The notes below the pieces were generated by a model. That model searched no databases. It worked only from the letters and a program-made list of their open reading frames with translations, and was not told the origin of the DNA. Below are positions 11,701 through 22,052 of a stretch of 27,158 bases of DNA, one piece after another. Position numbers and translations under genes: made by a program. Location: the NCBI GenBank assembly GCA_051294375.1, contig JBJCIZ010000743.1, positions 1-27,158 on the forward strand, read 5' to 3'. Each line of letters starts with the position of its first letter. Within the stretch, counting starts at the first letter, position 1. This DNA is from Paraspadella gotoi. Lineage: Eukaryota; Animalia; Chaetognatha.

Positions 11701-12019
11701 TCTCCCCTAGGTTAACCTACCCCAGGATTAAGAGTCCCGTGCTACCGACTTTAAGTTAACCGACACTTAACCCACCCAACCCACCCGGAGACATCAAAAT
11801 TTTCCTCGTTTCTTTTCTAACCTAACCTCATCTAATTTTTTTTCTCTCACCCTAACCTTTTCTCTTATCCTCGTCGCGCAAAAAAAGATTTTTTTTCAAC
11901 TCTACCTAATTTTCTAATTTTTTTCTATCTCTCCTCGCGCAACACACACACACAAAAAAACGATTGTCAAAAATGAAAAATTGTAAAGTGTTAGAGTAAT
12001 AATCTTATAATTTTTTTTT

Positions 12020-12286
12020 CTCAGCATTAATCCGGGAAATTTATAAAAGTATAAAAAATTGTAAAAGTGTAAAACTGTAAAAGAGTAATCTCATCATTTT
12101 CTTTTCAGCACTAATCCGGGAAATTGTAAAAGTGTAAAAAAATTGTAAAGTGTAAAATTATAAAGTATTAATCTCATCCTTTTTTTCAGCACTAATCCGG
12201 GAAGTTGTAAAAGTGTAAAAAATTTGTAAAGTGTAAAATTATAAAGTATTAATCTAATCCCTTTTTCAGCACTAATTCGGGAAATT
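12020..12286 (+). repeat. ~80-87 bp tandem repeat, ~3.3 copies, inside element A
   Basis: Unit begins cagcactaatccgggaaattgtaaaagtgtaaaa. Starts near 12022, 12106, 12187 and 12267; mirror at ~5815-6130. Confidence 0.85.
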
Positions 12287-12394
12287 GGTGAGAGGGTAGT
12301 CAGATCCTATTCTAGCCAGTTATTCTATCTTCAGAGCATGCGCTACCGTTCATTTTCTTTCTTATAATGCATAAAAGATTTTTTTTCATTTGGC

Positions 12395-12760
12395 TCAATG
12401 TAAATGTAGTGAGAGGGAAGACGAAAGGGAAAACAATAAAACGGAAAAGGGAGAGAATGAATGAGAGGGTGAAAGGCAAAAAAACGAAGGCAAATGGGGA
12501 AAAAATAGTGAAACAATTGTAAGGTGAGAAAAGAGGGAAAAAATGGAAAGAAAAAGAGGGGAAAAGAAAGGGAAAAGAAAGGGAAAGAAATGGAAAGAAT
12601 GAAAATGAGAAAAAAAGGTGAGGAAAGTGCCATGAGTGGCCAAAAAAATGGTAAGTGACAGCATGAGAAGTAAGGGAGGAAAGAGGAAGAGGAAAATATA
12701 AAGAAAGAGAAGAAAAGAGGTCAAGAAAAATAATCAGGAAAAGCGTATGAAGGAAAAAAA
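12395..12760. repeat. Purine-rich (G/A) low-complexity tract
   Basis: Almost all A/G on the + strand; mirror at 5340-5700. Source of several F/L/S-rich spurious ORFs. Confidence 0.85.
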
Positions 12761-13190
12761 AATTGTATCAGATAATGTGGCGTCTTACTTAAAATCTTTT
12801 GTGTAAGTAAAAGACATGAAGATTCTTATAAGGAATTCGATCTTTAAAAATTACCTGTACCATAAAAATTCAAACATACTTATTTCTAAAATTAAGCAGT
12901 TAATGAGATTAGATTGACAAGCATTGAAGAAATCATGTCTTACTGTATTTTTAACTCATAGAAATTTACCTGGGAAGTTCTAAGTGATAAGAAGGAGATA
13001 ACTTGAGACTACCATTTTTTTTAAATGAAGAAAGCTTCGTACTAACCAATGAGATAAAGACAGATGGTAATTAGTGAAGTTCAGATTTCGTTGTCTAAAA
13101 GACTCTGATTGTATGCGAAACCTTAGCCCTTCTCCCTAGATAGATACATACATACCTTTGGAGGAAAAGTTTTTTTTTTTCAAATTTCAG

Positions 13191-13451
13191 GCGTTCATTC
13201 TTCTACATACTGGCTCAGATTCGAAGCATAGGTCTGGGACCATTCTTTCCAACATCTATAAGAGCTCTATGCCTGATTTCGGTTGCAATTATTTTTGGGA
13301 TGATCTGGAATATTTGGATTTTTTATGGATTGATGGGTGGCTGGTGGCAGGATAGAACATCTGCATTGTTGGAATTTGAGGATCAACAGAATATTATAGA
13401 AACCTATATCCGTGTGTCTCGGCAGAACGAAAACAGCCAGATTATCAAAAG
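13191..13451 (+). CDS. Exon of divergent HCN/CNBD-family ion channel: pore helix, filter, S6, start of C-linker
   Basis: Acceptor tttttttttcaaatttcag. Open frame RSFFYILAQIRSIGLGPFFPTSIRALCLISVAIIFGMIWNIWIFYGLMGGWWQDRTSALLEFEDQQNIIETYIRVSRQNENSQIIK(R) parallels HCN 'ALFKAMSHMLCIGYG..P.S..D.W...LSMI.G......F.G......QSLDSSRRQYQEK...VEQYM'. Phase-2 AG|GT end matches the phase of the next exon. Not in the ORF track in this frame. Confidence 0.8.
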
Positions 13452-13787
13452 GTCCAAAAATTATAGTTTTATTTTTTAAACGTTAAAACAAGCACAGGGA
13501 GTGTAGTCGGGCATTGCATAAGTTCACCCCGCCCTATAATCATAATAGTCGTGACTCATTAATAATACTATCGGCTCATGGCCATTAGCTACTAGAGTGG
13601 AGCACTGGGGAACATAAATTTTATTTGAGTGATCAAACAAGGATTTTTAGACGTGAGATAGTATGATTAAGGAGTACAAAAAATATTTTGCTTATATTGT
13701 TTGGGGAACAGTATCATTAATTACAATATATTTAAAGTAATATCATTATAAAATCATAAATTTTCAAAATAATTTTTTTAAAATTTT

Positions 13788-14556
13788 TAGTCGGATCTGC
13801 TTATCAGCAGATCCCGACTCTATAATTCACTTTGTCGGTCCGTCGGTCCGCCCCCTCAATATTGTCGGGCAGTAACTTATATCATGTCAGAACATCGAAT
13901 TATGATAAATTATGAAAAAAAAAATGTCTGTCCGTCCGTCCGTCCCACCTTAGTAAAAAACACAAATTACTCGTGATTGGATAGATGGATTGTAATGAAA
14001 TTTTGTGTATTGGTAGGGAAGTGTGTGATTGAGCTGGATATGAAGTTTCGATGGAATCGTTCGAGTGGAAATGAGTTTAAATGGAAAAAACAAAAAAATA
14101 TATTTCACTATTTGAACACCAATTACTCAAGAGTGGATGGGGCGATTGACTTGAAATTTTGTATTTGGGTAGAAAAGTGTGTGATAAAGCTGGAAATTAA
14201 GTTTCGATGCAATCATTTGAGTGGAAATGAGTTTAAATGGAAAAAACAAAGAACCTGTTTCACTAATTTATTATGTTTATTTTTATTTTAAATGTAAATG
14301 CAAATAATTAATCAAAAATTAATTAATCAGTTAATTAATCAATCAAAACAAACATTTTGGATCAAATTAATTGCATAATTGCATATTTAATTAATTAATT
14401 AACTTGAATAAATTAAATATTAATTAAATAATTAATTAATTAAAAAATTAATTAATTATTAATTAATTATTAATTAATTATTAATTAATTATTAATTAAT
14501 TAATTAATTACCGATAATGATCGTGGGCAGATCCGACATTGTTTGCTCAAACTTGC
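13788..14556 (+). mobile_element. Helentron-associated non-autonomous element (HINE/DINE-1-like)
   Basis: After a T run: 5' palindrome gtcggatctgcttatcagcagatcccgac, GTCC/GTCG microsatellite, internal ~150-bp tandem units, 3' subterminal inverted repeat gcagatccgac (14527-14537), short hairpin gtttgctcaaac, then TT. Mirror at ~3567-4332. Confidence 0.8.
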
Positions 14557-14746
14557 TTTCTTGTAATTCTGATTCATTCTTTTTTTCATTTTTATCATTT
14601 TTTTTTCGTTTGTTTTACTGACTGACAAAGACAACAGGACCGACCGACGGACAGATGCAGAAAGTCATAGACAGACCGACAGACAGATTGAGCTAGTCAA
14701 ACTGGCTCATGGATAGTGGATACTGACTGACAGAGACTGAATGACT

Positions 14747-15444
14747 TGTGTAGAATATTTTAACAATCATGGCTCTGGAATTTTTACAACTTTTTTTGAC
14801 TGCATCAAAGGCTTTGACAAGGTTAACACTATGGTCTCATTAACAAACTTAAAGAACGCGGAGTTCCTGTTTGTTTCTCGAAACTTTTAGTATATTGGTA
14901 TAGTAACCTTTTTAGTAGATGCAGATAGAAAGGAGCAATAAGTGATTCCTTTATAGTTTCCTCTGGCGTGCGCCAAGGTCCTCAATCCTTATTTATGGGC
15001 ATTGTATGTTGATGACCTAATCTTACAACTCAAAAAGAGCGGTTGTTACATTGGACTTTTTAACTTTTTGACCTTTTGTTGCTTCTATATTTTATGCTGA
15101 TGACATAGCGTAGCTATCTCCAACAATAGCTGGTATGCAATTGTTGATAGATATCTGTTCTCAATATGCAGAAAAATTCTGTTTTGCTTTTAGTTTCAAA
15201 GAGACGAAAGTAATGTACTTTGGTAAAACACGTACAATAATTCCTGAAAATGCTATAGGTCTCAATGGCAACTGCATTGAATTAGTCAAGAAATGGACCT
15301 ACCATGGATTTAATCTTAGTAGCGAAAATAGTAGTAGTCTATTTGACCCAAGTAAAAAATTAGTCTCTTTTTATCGTTCAAGCAACTGTCTCATAAATGC
15401 GTTATTAAAACCATCAGAAGAACTACTAATGAAATTGTTTTACA
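14747..15444 (+). mobile_element. Degenerate 5'-truncated non-LTR retrotransposon (LINE; CR1/L2-group-like) RT fragment
   Basis: Motifs SKAFDKVNH (~14805), SSGVRQG (~14960), YVDDL (~15005), FYADD (15090-15104), KTKVMYFG-like; stops and frameshifts present. Mirror at ~2689-3372. Confidence 0.9.
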
Positions 15445-15711
15445 CAGAGATGTGGAAGCGATCGATTTTTCGCCGCTGCCAATCCGGCGCTTCCCAAGAC
15501 CCCTCCCGCTCCCGTTTTCGGGTGCAATCCCTAGTTTTTTAGCCCGGATCGCTTTCGGTTTCTTTAAAAATTTTACATTTGTTATTATTTATAAAAATAT
15601 TCTTTTTAGACATGTAATTCATTGGTAGAATAATTTTGAACAATCTTTTTTATTAACAAATAATAAGTAAAATTTTTATTATGAAAAATTGTAAGATTTG
15701 TAAGATTGTAA

Positions 15712-16821
15712 GAATCGTTCCAGTGGAAATGAGTTTAAATGAAAAAAACAAAAAAACCTGTTTCCCTATTTGCTTTTTTCTTTTTTATTAAATGTAAATA
15801 CAAGCTGCATTAATTATTCAATTAATCAATTAATTAATCAATCAGTTAATTAACTAATCAATCAAAAAATTAATGAATCAATTTTTTTATTAATCAATCA
15901 ATTAATTATTCAATTAATTTATCAATCATCTAATTAATAAATTTATTTATCCATAAATTATTAAAAGAACCAATTAATTAATCAATCAATTAAACAATGT
16001 CAGTGTTATCATTATCATCATCTCCAACGTCGTTGTTGCTTTTGTCCTGGTCAGTGACCTGACAAAAAGACCTAAAAAACTAATAGGCCTGATATGAATT
16101 TCATTTAATTGATCAATCAATCATTCAATTAATCATGACGGTGTTATCCTTGTTATCATCATTATCATCATCATGGTCGTCATTTATTTGGTCATAATGA
16201 AAAGATGAAAAAACAAACCAGTTTTGAGCTAACAATGCCAGAATTGATCAGTTAATTAATTATTCAATCAATTAATCAAATATTCAATTAATCAATCAAA
16301 AAATTAAGCAATCAATCAATTTGTCATCGTCGGTATTATCATTGTCGTGGTCGCTATCATTAATTATTTAATTAATTGATTGAAATTTTTTTATAATGTT
16401 TGCGGTGACTCAAAACAAGAATTTATAGAAAAATTTGAGGCGTGTTTTTTGTGATAGAGAAAAACTGGTATTATCAAAAACGGTAAAAGAGCAAAAATGA
16501 TAAAAAAATAACAACAACAACTAGTATTTACATTGGCTGAAAAAAAGGTCAGCCATGACAAGGCCAGATAAGAACAGGTCATTCTTATTGACCACTACTG
16601 TACTACGGGTCACAAAGTACAAAGAATTCGTCGTCGTCTTCGTCATTGTATTCGTCATCGTTGTCGTATTTGTTCAAAACATTTGAGCTCCCAAATGTTC
16701 GATGTTATTCTTTTAATTAATCAATATGTAATTAATTAAATAATTTATTATTTTTCAACTAATTAATTAATTAATTACCGCTAATGATCATGGAAGATCC
16801 GACATTGTTTGCTCAAACTTG
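15712..16821 (+). mobile_element. 5'-truncated HINE-like copy
   Basis: Starts in the internal unit (gtggaaatgagtttaaatg) and ends agatccgacattgtttgctcaaacttg, like the 13788 copy. Confidence 0.6.
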
Positions 16822-17275
16822 TTTATTAATAATTTGGATTTATTTATTTTATATATATTTTTTTGTTTGCTTTTTTGTTCAGTGTGAGAGTGGAAAAACA
16901 GAAAGAAGATAGAGAGAGAGAGAGAGAGAGTGTGTTAGAGATATAAGTATGTATAAGCACAATATTATGCAATATTGCCAATAAAACAGATCAATCCTTT
17001 AAGTTCAAACTTGTTTGTAACATAAACAAGTTTGAGCAAACAATGTCGGATCTGCCTACGATAATTAATTAATTAATTAATTAATCGATTAATTAATTAA
17101 TTAATTAATTTTAATATGTAATAATTAATTTTAAATTTATATTCAACTTATCATCATCGATGTCCTTAAAATTGGGTTAGGACAGTTATTAAATATGTTT
17201 TGTTTACATTTTATCAAAACAAACCAATATCCTCTATTTTATTTTATGTCTCCTTCTCTCTCTCTCTCTCACTCA

Positions 17276-17307
<32 letters not shown>

Positions 17308-17811
17308 TCTGCAAATGCGACGATCTTTATGCTTTTCAGATTTTTTTTAACTTGCATCATTTTTCAATTAATTAATTAATTAATTCATTAATTAATTAAA
17401 ACATTTATTAGTAATCATTAATATTAAAGATTCAAGTAAATGTGACTTATGTTTTTTCCATCTAAACTCATTTCCCCTGGCACAATTCCGTCAATACTTT
17501 ATATATTATTATATATTAATAAATATTTAACAGCTTCAGTGCAACAACCAATGAACTAATTCAAAAAGTTATATTGAAAATCGATTTAGTAGTAAAAGGA
17601 AAAAAAAATTTAAAGAGAACTAGAAGTTATAAAAAGTGTTCAATTTTGGCCCGCCTTACTAGATATTAGGCCTTACTAGATATATTGCATGTGATTAAAC
17701 AATGTTATCGGAATAATAATTTATCAATTTTATGTATTTTGTAAGTATTTTAAGTATTTTTATTCAGTGAGTAAAATAACAACTTTTTTATTCGCTAATT
17801 TTTATCTCGGA

Positions 17812-17826
17812 CTCTCTCTCTTTCTA

Positions 17827-17896
<70 letters not shown>

Positions 17897-17924
17897 TGCG
17901 ACGATCCTTATGCTCATTTTTCTG

Positions 17925-18018
<94 letters not shown>
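17812..18018. repeat. (CT)n microsatellites in two tandem units each ending tgcaattgcgacgatccttatgct
   Basis: Direct inspection. A related unit lies at 17255-17335. Confidence 0.95.
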
Positions 18019-18021
<3 letters not shown>

Positions 18022-18084
18022 GCAATTGCGACGATCCTTATGCTTTTAGGATTTTTTTAACTTGTATCATTTTTCTGCTTCAAG

Positions 18085-19345
18085 TAAATGCGACTTATGT
18101 TTTTTCCACTTAAACTCATTTCCACTCACACGATTCCGTCTAAACTTTATATCCAGCTTTATCACACACTTTCCTACCCACACACAAAATTTCATTCAAT
18201 CCAACCAGCCAATCACGAGTTATTGGAGCTTTTTGCTAAGGTGGGACGGATGGACGGATTGATTGACTGATTAATTAATTATTGATTAATTAATTGACTA
18301 ATTGATTAATTAACTGATTAATTATTTGACTTAATAATACATCCTGCATATACATTTAATATAAAAGGAAAAAGAAGCATAATCAATTAGTGAAACAGGT
18401 TTTTTGTTTTTTTCCATTTAAACTCATTTCCACTCAAAAGATTCCATCGAACCTTGGTTTCCTGTTCAATCACACACTTTTCTACTCACATACAAAATTC
18501 CAGGTCAATCGATAATTAAGTGGTAATAAGCTATCTTGGTCAACTTGCATAATTTGGTTAACTGACATAATTTGGTCGACTGACATAATTTGGTCAACTG
18601 ACATAATTTGTTCAACTGACATAATTTGATCAATTAAGATAATTTGGTCAACCGGCATAATTTGGTTAACTGGCATAATTTTATCAACTAGCCTAATTTG
18701 GTCAACAGGCATAATTTGGTCAACTTGCAAAACTTGATTAACTTGCAGAATTTGGTCAACTGGCATAATTTGGTCAATTAGCATAATTTGTCAATCAATC
18801 AATCAATCAATCAGAGAGAGAGAGAGAGAGAAACTTTAAAAAATTCAAATAAATGTGTCTTTTGGTTTTCTAATTTGAACTCTTTTCCTCTCCTACGATT
18901 CCATCAAAAAATTTTTATCCAGCTTTATCACATACTTTCCTACCCACACACAAAATTCAATTTCGATTTATCTATCCAATTTTTAATAAACAAAATAATT
19001 ATGAGTAAATTTAAGTAAAAATACTTCAAGTAAATATGACTTTTGTTTTTTCCATTTTAACTCATTTCCACTCGCACGATTCCATCGAAACTTTATATCC
19101 GGCTCAATCACACACTTTCCTACCATCATACAAAATTTCAAGTCAATTGCACTATCCACTCATGAGCAATTGGCGTTCAAATAGTGAAATATATTTTTTT
19201 GTTTTTTCCATTTAAACCAATTTCCACTCGCACGATTCCCTCGAAACTTCATATCCATCTCAATCACACAGTTTCCTACCCACACACAAAATTTCATACC
19301 AATCCATCCATCCAATCACGGGTAATTGGAGTTTTTTGCTAAGGT
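18085..19345. repeat. ~150-bp HINE-internal satellite-like units
   Basis: ttttccatttaaactcatttccactc...atcacacactttcctacc...acaaaatttca recurs at ~18100, 18410, 18865, 19045 and 19203; also 13970-14250 (opposite strand) and partially at 17450. Confidence 0.85.
18530..18792. repeat. 18-bp minisatellite, ~14 copies
   Basis: Consensus gRcataatttggtcaact. Gives the (VDQIMS/P)n ORF 18482..18784 on the minus strand. Confidence 0.92.
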
Positions 19346-19347
19346 GG

Positions 19348-19482
19348 GACGGACGACGGACGGACGGACGGACGGACGGACGGACGGAGACGGACGGACG
19401 GACGGACGGACGGACGGACGGACGGACGGACGACGGACGGACGGACGGACGACGACGGACGACAGACAGACGGACGGACGGA
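19348..19482. repeat. (GACG)n microsatellite
   Basis: Direct inspection. Confidence 0.97.
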
Positions 19483-20217
19483 CATCATTTTTTTTGCATA
19501 ATTTATCATAATTCGATGTTCTGACATGATATAAGTGTGTGCCCGACAATATTGAGGGGGCGGACCGACGGACCGAAAAAGTGAGTTATAGAGTCGGGAT
19601 CTGCTGATAAGCAGATCCGACTAAAAACCTTATGGATTTAAAAAAAAGTAAACTTAAATTTAAAGAATAATAACAATAAAATAATAAAATAATAAAATAA
19701 TAAAATTTTTAGTTTATAGAATTAAAAAATTTTAATTTATATTTTAACTTATAATTACAGTTATTTTCAGATAGAAAAAATCTTTTGTTTAGCTCAGATT
19801 TTATTTCAATATATTAAAAAGAATAATTAAAAAAATAAATGTAATTTTTTTCATAGATTCTCGACCAAAGAGGAAGAGAGAACAAAAGAAAACCAAAAAA
19901 TAAAAGAAGAGAATAGGAAAAAGTGAATAAAAAAATTATGAGCAAACAATTCTAAATGTTGAAAATAAATATTGAAAACAAATTTTAAAAATAAAAATCA
20001 AGAAAGAGCAGGGGTTGCAAAGATTTTAATACATTAAATATCTTTCATTTCTAACCAATAAAAACAAATGACCAGGAAGCGAACACGCAGTGTTATTATC
20101 GCTTCCGGGTTCAATCCCTAATTCTCAATTTTTCTATCGCTCCCGGTTTCGGGTTCTTCAAAAATGGCCGCTTCCACAGTGTTCGCTTACGCTTTCCGGA
20201 TCGCGTCCACATCTCTG

Positions 20218-20625
20218 GTTTTACACAAACTGTGTTCCTGTTTTACTTTATGGTTGTGAAATCAAAACATTCCTTTCTCGTGATATGAATAGACTTAATG
20301 TTGCTGTTAATGATGGTATTAGGAAAGTCTTTGGATACAATCGATGGGAAAGTATTCGTCAACTTCGCAGAACTTATCATGACTTAATAACTATGTTTAC
20401 CAAACGTAAAAAGACTTTTATTTCTAAGATTTATTCCTTAAAAAATTCCATTCTTAAAGGATTGATTCCCTTTTTTACGTCATGAAAACAATTTTAAATA
20501 TTGTTTACTGTTACTACTTTATTATCATTATTATTTTCCCTCTCTCCCCCTTTTTTTAAATTCATTTTGCACACTTATGTATGTATGTTTGTTTGTTTTG
20601 TATTGGAATAAAACGCTTATTATTC
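20218..20625 (+). mobile_element. 3' continuation of the same LINE (ORF2 C-terminus, 3' UTR, AATAAA/ATT tail)
   Basis: Removing the hAT insertion gives ELLMKLFYT|NCVPVLLYGCE...NDGIRKVFGYNRWESIRQL, stop at 20485, then aataaaacgcttattatt at ~20608-20624. Confidence 0.85.
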
Positions 20626-21245
20626 AAAATTTCCAAATTATTAACCTATAATTCATTTGATTTTTAAATAACCATAAAATTATTATTTAGGGATCTGGGT
20701 CTAAGCAGTTATGCAGCTATCCCGCTGGATGACCCATATAATTTTTTTTCGTTTTAAATTATAACAAAGAACATAAAACATTAAAAAAAGATTAGTCATA
20801 ATAAAGTTAAACTTTTTTACATTTCGCTTTGCTACTTCATTTCAAAAAATCACTGCTCCCAAACGGAGAGCTCGATTTCAATAAAAATTTATGCCAAACT
20901 CTTCATCATTTAAAAAATTTTAGTTTACTTTTAAAATTCTTTTTTTTTTTGGCACATGACTGTATTAAGCCCAACTCGGGCCTCCCGTACAACGACTATC
21001 CTGAACACAACCTTACAAATCTCGCGAGCCTTTTCTCCAACCCTAACCTTAACTCGGGCCTCCTCTCAAAAGTGAGAATTAGCGAATTTATTTTATCGTG
21101 CAAAGCAAAGTTGGACACAAGAGGGGAACAAAGGGAAATGAAATAAGCGAGAAAAAAAAATCACCGACCAGAGTTGGTTCATGTAGGCTCCAGTCTGTGA
21201 ATCTAAGATTAAAACTAAAATGTACCATATTTTTTTAATTTACAG

Positions 21246-21466
21246 ATATGCTCATCTTTCTTACCACCAAAAAAACGATCTGGAAATGCTGGTCACCTAT
21301 AACAATGACCTCACTGAACATTATCGAGATGAAATCGTTTTTAAGCTATCTTTAAAAGCTATGTTGAGCACACGAATCTTTTACAACATTGATGCAATAT
21401 TTTTAAACGCTATTGCTTATCAACTTAGACCTACCCTTTTTATACGAGGAGAGATTGTTGTTGGAG
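21246..21466 (+). CDS. Next exon of the same channel gene: C-linker and start of cyclic-nucleotide-binding domain
   Basis: Acceptor tttttttaatttacag. YAHLSYHQKNDLEMLVTYNNDLTEHYRDEIVFKLSLKAMLSTRIFYNIDAIFLNAIAYQLRPTLFIRGEIVVG parallels HCN 'YYEHRYQGK.FDEE.IL.EL..PLREEI.NFNCRKLVA.MPLFANADPNFVTAML.KLRFEVFQPGDYII.EG'. Donor G|GTTTGT; alternative GTGAGG at 21471. Confidence 0.85.
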
Positions 21467-21701
21467 GTTTGTGAGGAAATCTAATAATTTTACGATATAA
21501 TTGCCCCATTGACAGCTTCGTTCCTTTTTTCTAAGTATTTGCTTCAGTATACCCGACTCTATAATTTTTTTGGTCAGTCTGTCGGTCAGTCTATATCAAA
21601 ATATAAAAAATAATTATGTTATGTATATACTCTCTTTTCGTTGTTTTTTGAGGTATTAGGACAAAAACAGTTTTATTTGACAACGATTTAACTGACACAA
21701 T

Positions 21702-21751
21702 TTAGTCAGACATGTTTCGGCTCTTTCACTTAGAGCCTTCATCAGTGCTTT
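21702..21751 (-). ncRNA. Minimal type I hammerhead ribozyme motif
   Basis: Minus strand: gcaCTGATGAaggctctaagtgaaagagccGAAAcatGTCtgac, with palindromic ACATGT stem III typical of Penelope-like elements. Confidence 0.75.
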
Positions 21752-21785
21752 TGACAATCAATATTTAGTCTCTGTTAAAGTAAGT

Positions 21786-21839
<54 letters not shown>

Positions 21840-22052
21840 AGGGAAAGTTTCTCTCCTCACGCCGAGCGTCGCCCAAAACGACGGCTACAGAAGGAGGGAG
21901 AGGAGTCTGTATCTCCTGTAACAAAACAGGCCAGAACAGGCAACTGCCTGCCTCACCGTCAGGTGAGAGGAGGGCTGTCGGCAGGCTTATCAGGCCAAAG
22001 GGATATACGAGTAGCACTTGGAATTTTCCCAGGCGGATCTCTTCCGGATCCC

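Larger units (their letters stand above)
11673..12336 (+). mobile_element. Element A: LTR end, tRNA-Lys-like PBS, non-coding internal region, 52-bp partial LTR copy
   Basis: tatcttca-gag-TGGCGCCCAATCAGGCC at 11684-11700. 12285-12336 repeats 521-565 + 11677-11683. CATG occurs at both outer edges (239-242, 12337-12340). Mirror copy at ~5766-6484. Confidence 0.65.
9614..17522 (+). repeat. Right arm of giant inverted duplication (higher-quality copy)
   Basis: Mirror of 630-8407. The channel exon and the element ORF are open here, and the sequence continues seamlessly into 17523 onward inside a TSD-bounded hAT element. Confidence 0.95.
17027..19623 (-). mobile_element. Long HINE-like copy with amplified internal repeats
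   Basis: 5' palindrome at 19593-19621, (GACG)n at 19348-19482, multiple ~150-bp units, and 3' end caagtttgagcaaacaatgtcggatctgc at 17027-17055. Confidence 0.75.
15445..20217. mobile_element. Non-autonomous hAT-type DNA transposon, expanded to 4.8 kb by nested insertions
   Basis: TIRs CAGAGATGTGGAAGCGATC (15445) and GATCGCGTCCACATCTCTG (ends 20217). Perfect 8-bp TSD GTTTTACA at 15437-15444 and 20218-20225. Subterminal cgcttcc motifs and a shared block (cgctcccgttttcgggt, caatcccta) near both ends. No transposase. Confidence 0.92.

Noticed and set aside
13158-13355. ORF-track protein MEEKFFFF...
   Set aside because: Wrong frame. The channel-like reading lies in another frame starting after the acceptor at 13190.
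630-17522. Genuine giant palindrome or foldback/Polinton-like element with 8-kb TIRs
   Set aside because: The arm starts at an N gap, is indel-rich, includes a host exon, ends mid-transposon, and flipping the patch restores a perfect LTR junction.
17767-18113. SL/ER-repeat and TDGR/RPSV-repeat ORFs (also 19316-19549, 21775-22062, 23797-24064, 26227-26849)
   Set aside because: Translations of (CT)n/(GA)n and (GACG)n microsatellites.
18482-18784. Hexapeptide-repeat protein (VDQIMS)n
   Set aside because: An 18-bp minisatellite inside a non-coding transposon, open only because the unit is a stop-free multiple of 3. No splice or start context.
18530-18792. CRISPR-like array (also considered 25850-26066 and 12020-12286)
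   Set aside because: Contiguous tandem units with no unique spacers, eukaryotic context, no cas genes.
20829-21146. 105-aa ORF upstream of the CNBD exon
   Set aside because: No recognisable motifs, non-ATG start, and not needed for the collinear exon join.
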